A DNA stretch of 64,000 nt from Tubulanus polymorphus (lineage: Eukaryota; Animalia; Nemertea). The stretch lies in the NCBI RefSeq assembly GCF_964204645.1, contig NC_134027.1, positions 3,256,485 through 3,320,484 on the forward strand, written 5' to 3'. This document shows, in pieces, positions 53,149 through 64,000 of the stretch. Below the pieces are notes generated by a model. It was given only the letters and a program-made list of their open reading frames with translations. It made no database searches and was not told the DNA's origin. The position numbers and the translations under genes are program-made. The stretch's first letter is position 1, and each line of letters begins with the position of its first letter.

Positions 53149-56100
53149 TCATGATTTTATCGCCTTAATTATCGGAATATAAAACTGAGCCATTAGTGCA
53201 TCATCTTTAAGACACCGTTGGTAGTCCAAACAGCGCACCGTATCTAACAAACCAGTTGGAGGTAAACTCGAGTCTATGATTATTGGGATTACTCGTTTGC
53301 CAGTATTAAAAGCTACGCGCAACTCTGCCATGCATCTGGCGTCGTTGTAGTAATTTCGACTTAACACTGCTATCATTGTTTTAGACATGATAATGTCCTC
53401 CCTCGTTATATTAATAATTGAACTGCGGGAGTTCGCGCTATATCCTGGGTCGGGGTTTGTTGAGTAATTCATCCTGGTGGCTACGCTCGGTTTTTCACAA
53501 AGCAGGTCACAAAACGGTTGTTCTGCTGTTTCTAATAAAGCCACTAGTTCACATTGAACCCAAGCATCATCTTCTTCTGAACTCGAGATGAAAGTCTCAA
53601 ACTCAACGTACGCTTTTGTGTCGAGAGGGGAAACATTTTCCTGAAAATAAACGACTTTCCTTTTTATGTTTCACGATATCATTGGTTGGTTTTGAAGATT
53701 GAGTCAAAACTTACCTGGTCAATTGAATTTTGTTGTATATTAGGAGGAATAGCAATTGTACGTATCACACCGTTACATATGAATTTCAATTCCCCGCCTG
53801 TAAAGTTCTGTTCTAATGAACCGCCGTGTGTGGAAAGAACTGAAAGGTGCAACTTGTTATTATAGCTACAATGACACGTAATTCCGCACGAGTATTTCAA
53901 AAAAGGAAATTGTTTTAGCCGAATCAGATTTATAATTTCATCAACCCATCGCAAAGTTCGAAAAATATCTTCTTTATTCATTTTATCCTCGCCAATCGTT
54001 GTCTTTATTAAGTTTTGTCCAATCGATGCTTTCATTAATTCTAGTTTACAAAATACGCCAGGACCAAACTTAAATATACCACAATCCTTGAAGAGGCGAG
54101 GAGTAAAAGTTCCAATTGACATTTGGTAACATTTAGCCAAAAGGGTCAAAAACATAGCTTCCGGATAGAAATAACCAAAATCGAAATAAAAGTCGAGCGA
54201 AAGTTTGCATACCGGTAACACGGACTCGTTCACGCTTAACGGCAATCTATAAGGTACAATGAACATCTCTTCCGATTCGGTAGAGAACGGTATGATCAAA
54301 TTCACTGCTCGAAGGATGTCTAAAATACAATCTAAATCACCGACTGTATTTTGTAGCATAAAGCGAAGTAAAGCGGGCGATGTGACACCTGTACGACACA
54401 GCGAATTCCAAGCCGATTCTAGGTGTTTAGGAACGACTGTCAGATAGTTTCCGGCTAGTGATTCTACGCAATCGGCGAGAATCTGCGGTTCGAGTAAAAC
54501 GTAACGAAATAATCGAGGATCATTCGATTTGAAGAATATTTCTCCGTAATCATTAAAAAACTCCAGCATCCTTAGGAAATGAGCTTCTTTCTCAAATCCG
54601 ATGTCTTCTTTCATCTTCGACCACAAATCGAAATAACTAACGATACAATCACGGCGATAATTCCGTCTGATTGTTTTAACATAATCTAAAAATCCTAACC
54701 ACTTAACTGGTATCAAACGATTTGCGTATTCGGCTTCACGTGTAGTCTTTAGGATCATTTCTTTTAATTCATCGATATCCGTATCCCATCCATTGCATTC
54801 TCGATATCTATTTTCTAACGTGAACAGTGGACATTCATTTCGACTCGAGTTTAGAGCGAGACGTCCACCGAATACTGGATACAGTTCTCTCTTCATCATA
54901 GAAGCAATTCCATTAGTTTGATTGTTGTCTAACGATGCCCTATGTGTACCTATTAGAAATATCAACGAATCTCGATGGTGAGCATGGGCAAAAACAGAAT
55001 TCAACCAATAGAGGATTCGTTCCATTTGCCAATCTGGGCGTTCGTAAGCATCTTCTAGCGAGAAAACGACCAAATATATGGAATGCTTTGCCATAAATAT
55101 ATGGTGTCCCACATGGTACAATTCATTTCCCGAACAGTCCAACAGACAAAGTCTTTGTGGCCAGGTTGTTGGGTTGCTGCATTTTATATCCCAAATCAGC
55201 TGGGCGGGAACCGAATCATTTCGGATAAGGTAATGCCTGCGTATTTCCGATGCTATTGCTATCGTGCATCCTAATATAGCTAAAAACAAGTACCAGCCAT
55301 CGGTGAACAATGCAGTCCAAGAAAACCTCCATCCCATATATATTCCACCTAACATGCCTACCTCCCATCCATAAACGATCACCAATAACCTGCTGTGTCC
55401 GAATAGTCGTCTTAGTCTGTGGCCAAAAGTTAAACCCCTTACAAACGAAAATCCGTAGATAACTCCAGTGCATGTCGCCAGTAGTAATTCCGATTCGATT
55501 TTCATTGAAACCATCATTACTAACATTGTTAATGCCGAAGTAAGCGAACAGACACAAATCAATATTCGTCTTTTCATGTTATGGAATTTGCTCTGAATGA
55601 GAACGCCGAGGACAAAGCTCAAAAACAGGAAAATTATTTGCAGGATATTCATGATTTCGTTTTCGCCACTTTTTAGGTTGAAAGAATGAGTTTGAGCGAG
55701 TTGTGTAACGATTCCCTTGTAAGCTGGAGGAATTAGCGTACATAACGCTACGGCCATACCAGCTCTACCCCCAGTTCCCAGTGATGCGCTTAGCAATGCA
55801 AAAACTCCCGACGAGATGAAAGTGCGGGATAAGATGGCCCATAGCGCATCATACTTTTCCATCGTCCGAATTCCTGAACACATTTCTGGTAGCATTATCG
55901 TACTTATATAGTTTAGAATAACTAGGATGATCGCCAGTCCGTTGCCTTGGTTGAAACCCTCGATGTCATTTTTCCACAATATGGAAACTGGAACGACAGC
56001 TAACAGAAGTAACGGTGTAAAACCTAAACGTATTCCGTGTAAACATAACAGGATGAACGTTATTATACCGGTAATGAAAAAGGTCACCATCAATATAACT

Positions 56101-56504
56101 CCATTGAGTAAGAGTATGTATATCGGAGTTGCGATATGTGTCAAGAGATTACTCGTTCCTAGTATAGTGAAATACGAAGCAGCTTGTTGCACTTCAGTGT
56201 AGCGACTGTTGTCAATCTTTTTGTACGAACCATCAACAAAATATTGCTCGATTCCAAATGTGCTCTCTCCGTCTCTTTCTGAATGGGGAATTCCCATTAG
56301 TAATTTTCGCGAACTTGTTTTTCCGACTCCCGAATCTCCGAGAAACATAACTTTCCTGTAAGCACAAGTGATATTCCCAATTTTCATCGCATTTTCATAT
56401 TTCTCTTTAACTTCAGCGCCGTAGATACTCATTTCTTCTTGCGATAAGTTCAAGTTTTGCAGCGTTTTTGCCCTAATAGCCGCCATTCTTTCTGAACCTG
56501 ACAT
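53149..56504 (-). CDS. Roco-type ROC-COR GTPase with multi-pass transmembrane insert and C-terminal TIR domain (~1093 aa, 2 coding exons)
   Basis: Exon 56504-53715 has P-loop KVMFLGDSGVGKTS, switch I ESTFGIE, ~10 hydrophobic segments, G3 LLDCSGNELYHVGHHIFM..SIYLVVF, G4-like FLIGTH, and COR (IPVKWL...LEFFNDYGEIFF...VLLEPQ...IVP). Intron 53714-53641 (CAG|GTAAGT...tttcag, phase 0). Exon 53640-53149 is a TIR domain: FETFISSSEEDDAWV...IAVLSRNYYNDARCMAEL...RVIPII. Confidence 0.88.
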
Positions 56505-56789
56505 GATCGTGTCGCCTTGTGAGAATATGATCCTCAGTTTAATCTGCAGATGATGAAACAACTTCCGCCTGGAAAGAGTATGCAGTATGCAGTATGCACA
56601 TGTATTTATACTCTTTCCATATATAATCACATAAATTGATAACAGCGGACAGATTCTATGACTAATCGGTGTCCTAAAAACCCGGCATCTGCGTCGATAA
56701 CCAATGGTAGCCGTCTAGAGAGTGTTTGGGGGAAACCGTGCGTTTTCTCTTTTCAGTAGTACAGCTCGTATAGCTGATCGGTGTACAGC

Positions 56790-57557
56790 ATGCGCAGCAA
56801 CATGTTTCATGTACAATTCCTCGTCTTGTCATTCTTAGTCGTTACGGTATCGAGCCGTCAACCAAGAAGAGCGGGTGATCAGCCACCAGAAGGATACTGT
56901 CAGGATTTCAAATGGGGCGGAAAGATACGAGTCCATTGGTACGCGTGCTGTAATAATTGTAGAAGCGGTAACAAGACGGGTGTACCATGCGACGGGAAAA
57001 CTTATCATTCTGCATCTGCGTGTAAGTATGATTAGAACTGGTGCCCACTGGCGCCGATCACAGTTTTTATGACAATAATCCTCTCGTTGATTTTAGATAC
57101 ATACTGTGATGGTTGTGGAGTTGATTCCAAAGCAGGAGATGGAGCCAAACGCATGGCCGACAAGTTCGCATGTGGAGGTTGCAGGGGTCAAGACCAAATA
57201 GCCAAAGAGTGTGAAACTTGGTGGCGCAAAATCCCTGGCTTCTGTTGGTCATTTATCAAGTGTTTCGAAAAGAAATGCAAAATGGCGCACGGAAAAGGTG
57301 GACTTACGCCAAAATCATGTTACAACGGGATATGTGAGGCGGGTGAAACACCCGAGAACTGCCCCATGGATTGTTGTTACAAAAATAATCCTAAATGTGA
57401 TTGGACACTAACAAATGCTGGTAATAAGACATGTATTCCATTATGTTGTAGTCAGCCAGGATGCTGCAATGCGGCCGTGTCCATTGTCCAAGGCAATATC
57501 AGAATGTTGAGCCTGATTTTGTTTTCTTTGTTAGTTTCCCTTAAAATCTGTGAGTGA
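56790..57557 (+). CDS. Secreted or GPI-anchored cysteine-rich protein, 2 exons
   Basis: Exon 56790-57021 (signal peptide MFHVQFLVLSFLVVTVSS; WYACCNNC), intron 57022-57096 (GTAAGT...ttttag), exon 57097-57557 (YCDGCG...FACGGC...PGFCWSFIKCF...CYNGICEAGETPENCPMDCC). It ends in a hydrophobic tail MLSLILFSLLVSL preceded by NAA. Confidence 0.85.
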
Positions 57558-57816
57558 ATGAATATCTTTGTGTGGCCATTAAGAAAATACACGAATGTAT
57601 ATTTAAATTGTGGACGCGGTATTCGATTGAGGACCTATATTTACAATTCGCAAAAGTAGCATGATATTCTTCAATGGAATTCGGCGGAACATCGAAATGA
57701 CCCGTATTGCCAAAACGAAGGAAGACAATTTCCAATAAGCGAATAATCTAAAGCAGGCGCAGTTAATGCAGCGCCAAGATATGGCGAAATAAGGAAAGGG
57801 TCAGATAAGCAGATAA

Positions 57817-58060
57817 GTGTCCTAAAAACCCGGTATGTCAATGGCAATAGATAAGTCGATAATCAATGAGAGGTTTAGTGTTTAGGGGTAACTGTGTAAC
57901 TGTTACATTCAGGAGCAACATGTTTCATGTCGTTCTGGATCGTTGCGGTATCCAGTAGTCAACCAAGAGCGGATGATCAGCCACCAGAAGGATACTGTCA
58001 GGAATTCAATAGGGCGGAAAGATTAGTGTCCATTGGTTTTCGTGCTGTACCAGTTGTAGA
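57817..58060 (+). pseudogene. Truncated, frameshifted duplicate of the upstream region and exon 1 of the 56790-57557 gene
   Basis: Shares GTGTCCTAAAAACCCGG, GCAACATGTTTCATGT, GATCAGCCACCAGAAGGATACTGTCAGGA and GTCCATTGGT..CGTGCTGTA with 56669-56962, but carries indels and has no second exon. Confidence 0.85.
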
Positions 58061-58360
58061 AACGTTTTAGAGTGCATGGCCCAACGCATTCAAAATGTAC
58101 TCCGCTTTTACTAATAGAATTGTCTTACATTTGTTTTCGCAATAAGAATTCCTTTGAAGCACGATACACTGCTGTGGATAGTGAATTAGTCGTCCATATA
58201 CGCTTTGCTTACGAATCAACGAACATAAATTAAGTCAACATGACCGATATATAATATAATTTTAATATATTTTAATATGTTTCTTTCTATTCACTTATAT
58301 ATATAACGAGTGTGCATTGTTTAGTTTATCGGGATTTGAATCTTTTAAATGCTCTTGGTT

Positions 58361-61300
58361 CTACTTGTTTGCGGCCAAATCGTCTTTTTTGAGCTGTACC
58401 ATTTCGTTCATATGACGAGCGATCAGGTTTATTTTTAAATTTTCCTTGAGTGCGCAAAGCTCGTTTCCTTTTCAACCTGAAAGCCTGTAGAACACCAAAT
58501 ACATGTAATCAGTTATAAAACTTTACATAGAACAACTCAAGTATGCAGTAGTCCAACTTTGTGTTAAACTTACTTCAATAGCTTTTTGCCTATTTTCGTT
58601 CCAATTTTCTCGAAGTTCATCTGGATCTTCGGTAGCCTGGAAAAACTCTATTCCTTCTAAAAATAGAATCAGAAGTGATTGAAACAATGAATTCACCGAC
58701 AGAGAATACAAAGCATGCAAGACAGAATATTGTACCTTTTATTCTGATATCATCTATAGTAAAGAAAAACGTGTCTCTACAAGATTCCACAATCGTACCT
58801 TGGTTTTCATGAATATTACTACGAAAAGATCCAACATAATAATAGTTACAGTATATGTAATCCTAACTAAGAATGCACAAGAAAAAAGCGGTGTACACAA
58901 TGTATTTTCTCAATTTTTAATACCAGTACCTGCTGGAACCTTTTTCCTCAGTTTCATGTTCTATTTTGTCATTTTCGCTGGTATCCATGTTACATTTATC
59001 ACGCCATGACAAATCAACACTTTCACTCTTTCGATTTTCCGCCAAATTTGGCTTTGCTAAGAATTACGGTAAATATTCAAATGTTAAATAAGACCGCAAG
59101 ACCTACCATAACTTAACACCAAATAACACGAGCAAACTTAATGATAATTCTTATCTTACACACAATATTCAACTCACTCTTTTCAACAGTGGCTTCAGTG
59201 TTAGAACTATCTCCAAAGAATGAAAACGGTGTCTTTTCTGAAGAATCAATAGCATTTTTTAAGTCTGCAGCTACTTCGTAAAAACGTTCTTTCGATACTT
59301 CTGGCTCTGTCCTCACTTCAACTTCGTCTTCACCTAATTTTGATTTCTTCGATTTTCTGAAAAAGGTATACATGGACCCTGTGTAAAATATGAAGAATAA
59401 CAAACGCACATGATATTATGCTCAATCCATTATGCTCAATACTTTTCTGGTTTTAATTTAGAATCATTCTTGATCTCATATTTGTCATGATCTTCCCGAG
59501 TTGGATCATATCGAACATGTGTTGTGCTAGAAAAGAAAATAAATACATGTCCACATAAAAAATTTAGCGCCAAGAGATAAAGACAGTACTGTAACTACAT
59601 CAAGATACTCACCTTATATCGCTTTTCTTCCTCGATGTCATTAAAACTTTATTGCCTAAAATTCCTTTCAGTATATTCAGACTTCTTTCCTTTTCAGCCA
59701 CATTACATTCAGCAGTTTCAACATCTATCATAAACAAGATAAAAACTCTTGATTGTTACCAAAGCAAAGGTAAAGACATTATAGTCTCTTTAAGTTTGTT
59801 TCTCGAGTTACCTGAAATAAATTGCTTAAATTTTCTGAGCAAAGAATCCATAAGCACAATTAGAGTACGGCCACTGCTACATCTAATTTTTAAAAGTTCA
59901 GTTGCCACTTTATTTGAGAAATATGCGTCGTCATCATATTTTTCAAGAATTTTACAGTGCTCTAAAGAATGATTGTAATCACCGGGATGCTTTAAAGCAG
60001 CTATGCGCAACAAATCTTTACCAAGCCTCTCATTATTGGAAGCCATTTCAACGAGCAATTCAAACTCGCCAGACTTCTTCATTTTGTCTATGAACAGATC
60101 GATTTGACCATGTAAAGATTCGTTTTCTAGAAAAACAGATACCGTTCACATATTACAATTGAAAACACTCTTGAGTATCGAAGGAGTATGAAACAGTCAA
60201 ATAATTCATGTAATATGGTTCCATACTACATACCATCATCAGAAATATCTGCCAAAAACCGTTTATCCATTCGAAATCTCTCATCAGTGCCAATTTTATT
60301 TTGAAGTTTCATTAACTAAAAAAGAAAATTCTTCTTGTTATATATGATTATATCAATCTGTACAGTTTTTCTTGAATTATTAACTTCACCTACCTGCTGT
60401 CCAGATTTCCCTTCAAACTGTGGTCGCTCCCGGAACATATCCTGATTATCACTGTCACTACTTCCTGCATTATCGTCGTCTGAGTCATCGCTATCAAACA
60501 GCTTCGGTTTTGAATCTTCCACTTTTTTGTTTTTTGCAGACTTAACCTGATAATAAAACATTCATAGTTATTCAATCAATATCAACCATTTTTGGTACTT
60601 GATTTATTGATTAGAAATAATCTAGCAGTCAAGTCTTACTTTCTTGATTTTTGGTTGTTCTATATTATTGGTACTAACTTCTGGTAGAGACTCCATATCT
60701 TCATCTTCCGAGTCAAATACAACACGTTTGTTTAAAGGTTGTGAATCCTATCAATGAAAAATTAATACATGTACAATGTTCTTCCATTTCCTTTGCCTTA
60801 ATGATAATTTCATATTAAGTAATGAATGAGTGTTTACCACTTGCTTGAGAGCTGCTTGTATTGCCAATTTCTTAACTGATGCCTCCTTTCCACGTAGCCG
60901 CAAACTTTCAAGTCGTTTCTTGTTATCTAATTCATGTTTCTTTGCTGAAAATGTTACATTCAAGATTAAAACCTCTTTTATAAAACAAATGCATGTTTGA
61001 ATCTCAGGACTAACCTGCTGTTGTTTTCAGTAAATCTTCATTCGAATGGCCATTTTTGGAAGCTCCCTTAGAATCGTTTTTAATCACAGCACTTATCTGC
61101 TTTATATTTGTGGTATTTCTATCTCTGTCTTCCTCACTGCTAGAACTGCTACTTTCATCAGATGAAGATGGTTTTTGTGAGGTGCCAGATACAGTTTTGT
61201 CTGAATTAGTATTATCATTTTCACTGTGTTTAACTTTTGCATTCTTTTCTACATCACTACTATCTCTACTGCTACTTTCCGCTGATTTCTCATTAGTTTT

Positions 61301-62926
61301 TGAGCGGACTTTAGTTAGTTTTTTCGCCTTTCGCGTTTTATTCGGTAAAATCTTTGAATTTTCAACTATCGCATCTGTATCATCCGATGATGAACTAGGA
61401 TGGAGTTGAGAGTTAACTGACTTCTGTTTGGGGTTTTTACTGGCAACAATCATATCATCGGTGTCATCTGATGAATAATCAACGTCTTCGCCCTTTTTAC
61501 GCCAATTAAATGCATCATTTACCCCAACAACTTCAAAATCATTTGTATTATTCAATTTTCTGTCATTTAAATCTGATGAAATTCCACCTTTTATAGAATT
61601 TGAGCTCGAGTGACTAGAATTAGAAGTTGCTTTTTTACTGAACACATCACTCTGTTTGTCAACAACTTTATCATCAGAAGACAGCTCGTCACTAGAATCA
61701 GATGATGACGAGCTGCTCGAATCACTACTACTAGATTTTTTTACCGACTGTTTTTCAGTTTTGGTTTTTCCTTTTAAATGCCGAGTGTTTGAATCTGCAT
61801 CCGATGAATCGCTATCACTACTGGATGAATCTGAAGCTGGTTTTTTCACATTTCTAACAGTGGGTTTTTCATTGATCTTCTTGGTTTTTTTACTCGGTTT
61901 TTCATCTGAATCTGAATCTGATGAACTCGAATCTGAAGATGAAGAACTACTTTCAAACTTTTTCTTGGTGTTTTTCTCATGATGTTGCTTTTCGTGCACA
62001 TCATCTTCTATTTGCCACGTCAGGTTACTGATGTCGTTTCCCGCATTGATTTCATCCTCTTTTAATTTTCGAATGTTATGTACAAATTTTGAAGGGTTAA
62101 TCGTTATCGTTTTTCTTGCATCCGTTTCTTTTGATAAATGCATTATGGGTAAAGGTCGACCATATTTGCTGACTACCCAATCCTAGAAAATAGTTCACAA
62201 CGCATGAGATATATACCCGGTATATACATATAATTGAGATGTCTACAGTGAATTATCATTTTGAAATTTACATACCTTTTCCCCAGGAACTGAGTCACCC
62301 GGTTTAGCTTTAGGTATAAACTCGGGCGGTGGAGGTTTCGAAGCAGAACTATCAGTTTTATTGCGCTGCTCACGTTCCCTTCTTAATCTAAATCCATTCA
62401 TAAAATGAAGTACATTTTTAATGATTCCGTGTGCATTTTCTTCGAAAACGAACATAACAGAAACAATTAAACTCTTTTTACCTGTCGAGAAAACTCTCTT
62501 TAGCCAATTCGACTGTAATTTGTGCACCATTCCATTTTGTTTTGTTGAAGGTTTGGATACCTAAATTTACAAGTCAAAACCCATCATTATTAATCAACTA
62601 TCACTTTAAGAAAACTATTAAAAACTAAATTTCCCAACTTACATCTCTGAATACGATTTTCTTCGCCTTCAATATTCAAATGCGCAAAAGCATTAGTCAC
62701 ATTACCTGAAAAATAAAAATGAAACATAACTTCTGGTTGTTCATGACACTTATTTTCATGATGCAGAGATTTTTAGATAAAATGCCTTCGTACCTTCCTC
62801 ATCACGCCGGAGTTTTATTTCAACCGCAGTCACATCGCCGAACTGTTTGAATCTATCGGCTAAAGCATCGTCAGTGATATCAGAAAACAAACCACCGATG
62901 AACAAACGTTTCTTTTGAAATACCAT
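58361..62926 (-). CDS. NOL8: Nucleolar protein 8 (N-terminal RRM, Ser/Asp/Lys-rich middle), multi-exon
   Basis: MVFQKKRLFIGGLFSDITDDALADRFKQFGDV, FAHLNI, FNKTKWNGAQITVELAKESFLDRLRRERE, PGEK-DWVVSKYGRPLPIM, DNKKRLESL, LFDSDDSD, RPQFEGKSGQQLMKLQNKIGTDERFRMDKRF, RYDPTREDH, PEVSKERFYEV, FFFT. Stop at 58361. Confidence 0.93.
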
Positions 62927-63851
62927 AGTTCAACACGAGAATCAATTCATCTGTCTGAAATAAACGTGTAGAAATAAACGTGAGAAACGTGTAGTAGGTA
63001 GCAATAAAATTCTTATCGAATTGACTTAAATATACTGAATGTTTTGATATTGGCAACTAATGAGAATCGACAGTAACAACAAATAGAGAATCGAGATACT
63101 TCAAACAATTATCAGAGAGGGGATTCCTTTTGATACTTACAAAATATGAGCATCAGTTTTATTTTAGTGAACCAAACCACGTTTTGAGCAATGAATTCAA
63201 TACAATTCAACTGAAACGCTACTGTGGCAATTGTGTTTTGAAATAAAACACGGAAACGGAATGGGACTCTATTTTTGAGGCCAAAGCCGTCGATTACGGA
63301 CGACGATTGATGTCACATGATCAAAATATGGCGAATTCCTTTTAACTTGAAAGTGAAAGTTTAGCGAATACGGTAATCGTTGAAACGTGCGTTACTCCGT
63401 TATTCAGGTAACTTAATGTGGAACTTAACAGTTTAATTAACTCCTTGAAATCTGACTGGGACACAGAGCTGAATTTAAAAATTAAACGGATTCGATGAGT
63501 TGAGTAAAAAACGACAGCCCCTGTCCTCGTCGTCAACTTCAGTCAGTTTCACTTCACTTCACTGAAGTCTTCAGTCTGCCGTGCCGGCGTCATTGTCCAG
63601 TTAAACTTTTAAGTATGCGGTGTCTGTATAGAATGAATGCCTAACCCTTAAGGATACTCACTAGAATTCACATAAAGTTTAAAGATGGCTTTTGACGACG
63701 AGCACGCAACTGACTGAGTACTAGTAGGCCTTATATGTATGCTTATACCATATGGTTAATGAACTTTCGATAATGAACGTTGCCAACAAGGATATGTTCA
63801 TTTTTTCTACGTTTTAACTTCAGTTTCATTTTTTCTAAGTTCAGTAAGAAG
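62927..63851. promoter_or_regulatory. Probable bidirectional promoter region between NOL8 and LTA4H
   Basis: Start codons are head-to-head ~925 bp apart. YY1-like motifs occur at ~63322 (CAAAATATGGCG) and ~63681 (AAAGATGGC). Confidence 0.45.
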
Positions 63852-64000
63852 ATGTCTGCTTTAAGCCCAGCTGATCCCAATTCATTTGCACTTCCTGAAC
63901 AATGGCAAACGAAGAAAATCCACCTTGATTTGGCAGTTGATTTTACCTCTGAAACACTCGATGGACGAGCGGATTTTGAAATAGAGAAGAATGCTGAGGA
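63852..64000 (+). CDS. LTA4H: Leukotriene A4 hydrolase / M1 aminopeptidase, N-terminus (runs off window)
   Basis: MSALSPADPNSFALPEQWQTKKIHLDLAVDFTSETLDGRADFEIEK matches the DPxSF..P....TxHxHL...VDF....LxG start of LTA4H-type M1 peptidases. Confidence 0.8.
   Translation, partial: MSALSPADPNSFALPEQWQTKKIHLDLAVDFTSETLDGRADFEIEKNAE

Noticed and set aside
53149-53544. Stand-alone TIR gene
   Set aside because: The GTG start is internal. The TIR's first strand lies upstream in frame, and the exon splices to the Roco ORF.
56505-56630. N-terminal 42 aa of the 983-aa ORF
   Set aside because: Begins at a non-ATG codon and contains an acceptor-like tract. The first ATG is at 56504, although an upstream coding exon is not excluded.
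50627-57557. Bacterial contamination or a prokaryotic defence island
   Set aside because: The genes have spliceosomal introns and host-like composition, and are contiguous with CRBN and NOL8.
61056-61982. Plus-strand Ser/Leu-rich ORFs
   Set aside because: Antisense shadows of the low-complexity NOL8 exon.

Overview
AT-rich eukaryotic genomic DNA with short (~75-110 nt) GT-AG introns; the gene content suggests a marine invertebrate, probably lophotrochozoan (inference). It has three zones. (1) 1-28 kb is gene-poor and looks like the multi-promoter 5' region of a large minus-strand gene that leaves the window at the left edge; only tentative exons are visible. (2) 28.3-42.2 kb is a giant secreted protein: signal peptide, Cys-rich domain, about 186 copies of a 22-aa (66-bp) Ser/Thr/Ala/Gly repeat, then a second homologous Cys-rich domain. 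(3) 43.9-64 kb is gene-dense. It holds cereblon (CRBN), a SOUL/HEBP2-like gene, a Merlin-like transposase relic and a MITE family. Next comes an island of lineage-specific genes: a tandem PAN/apple protein, a 4-TM protein, a secreted YbaY/YscW-like protein, a Roco (ROC-COR) GTPase with ~10 transmembrane segments inside the GTPase domain spliced to a C-terminal TIR domain, and a GPI-type Cys-rich protein with its decayed duplicate. NOL8 and the start of LTA4H end the window. The most unusual element is the membrane-embedded ROC-COR-TIR gene, followed by the dumbbell-shaped repeat protein. All family assignments come from motif recognition by eye; no database searches were run.
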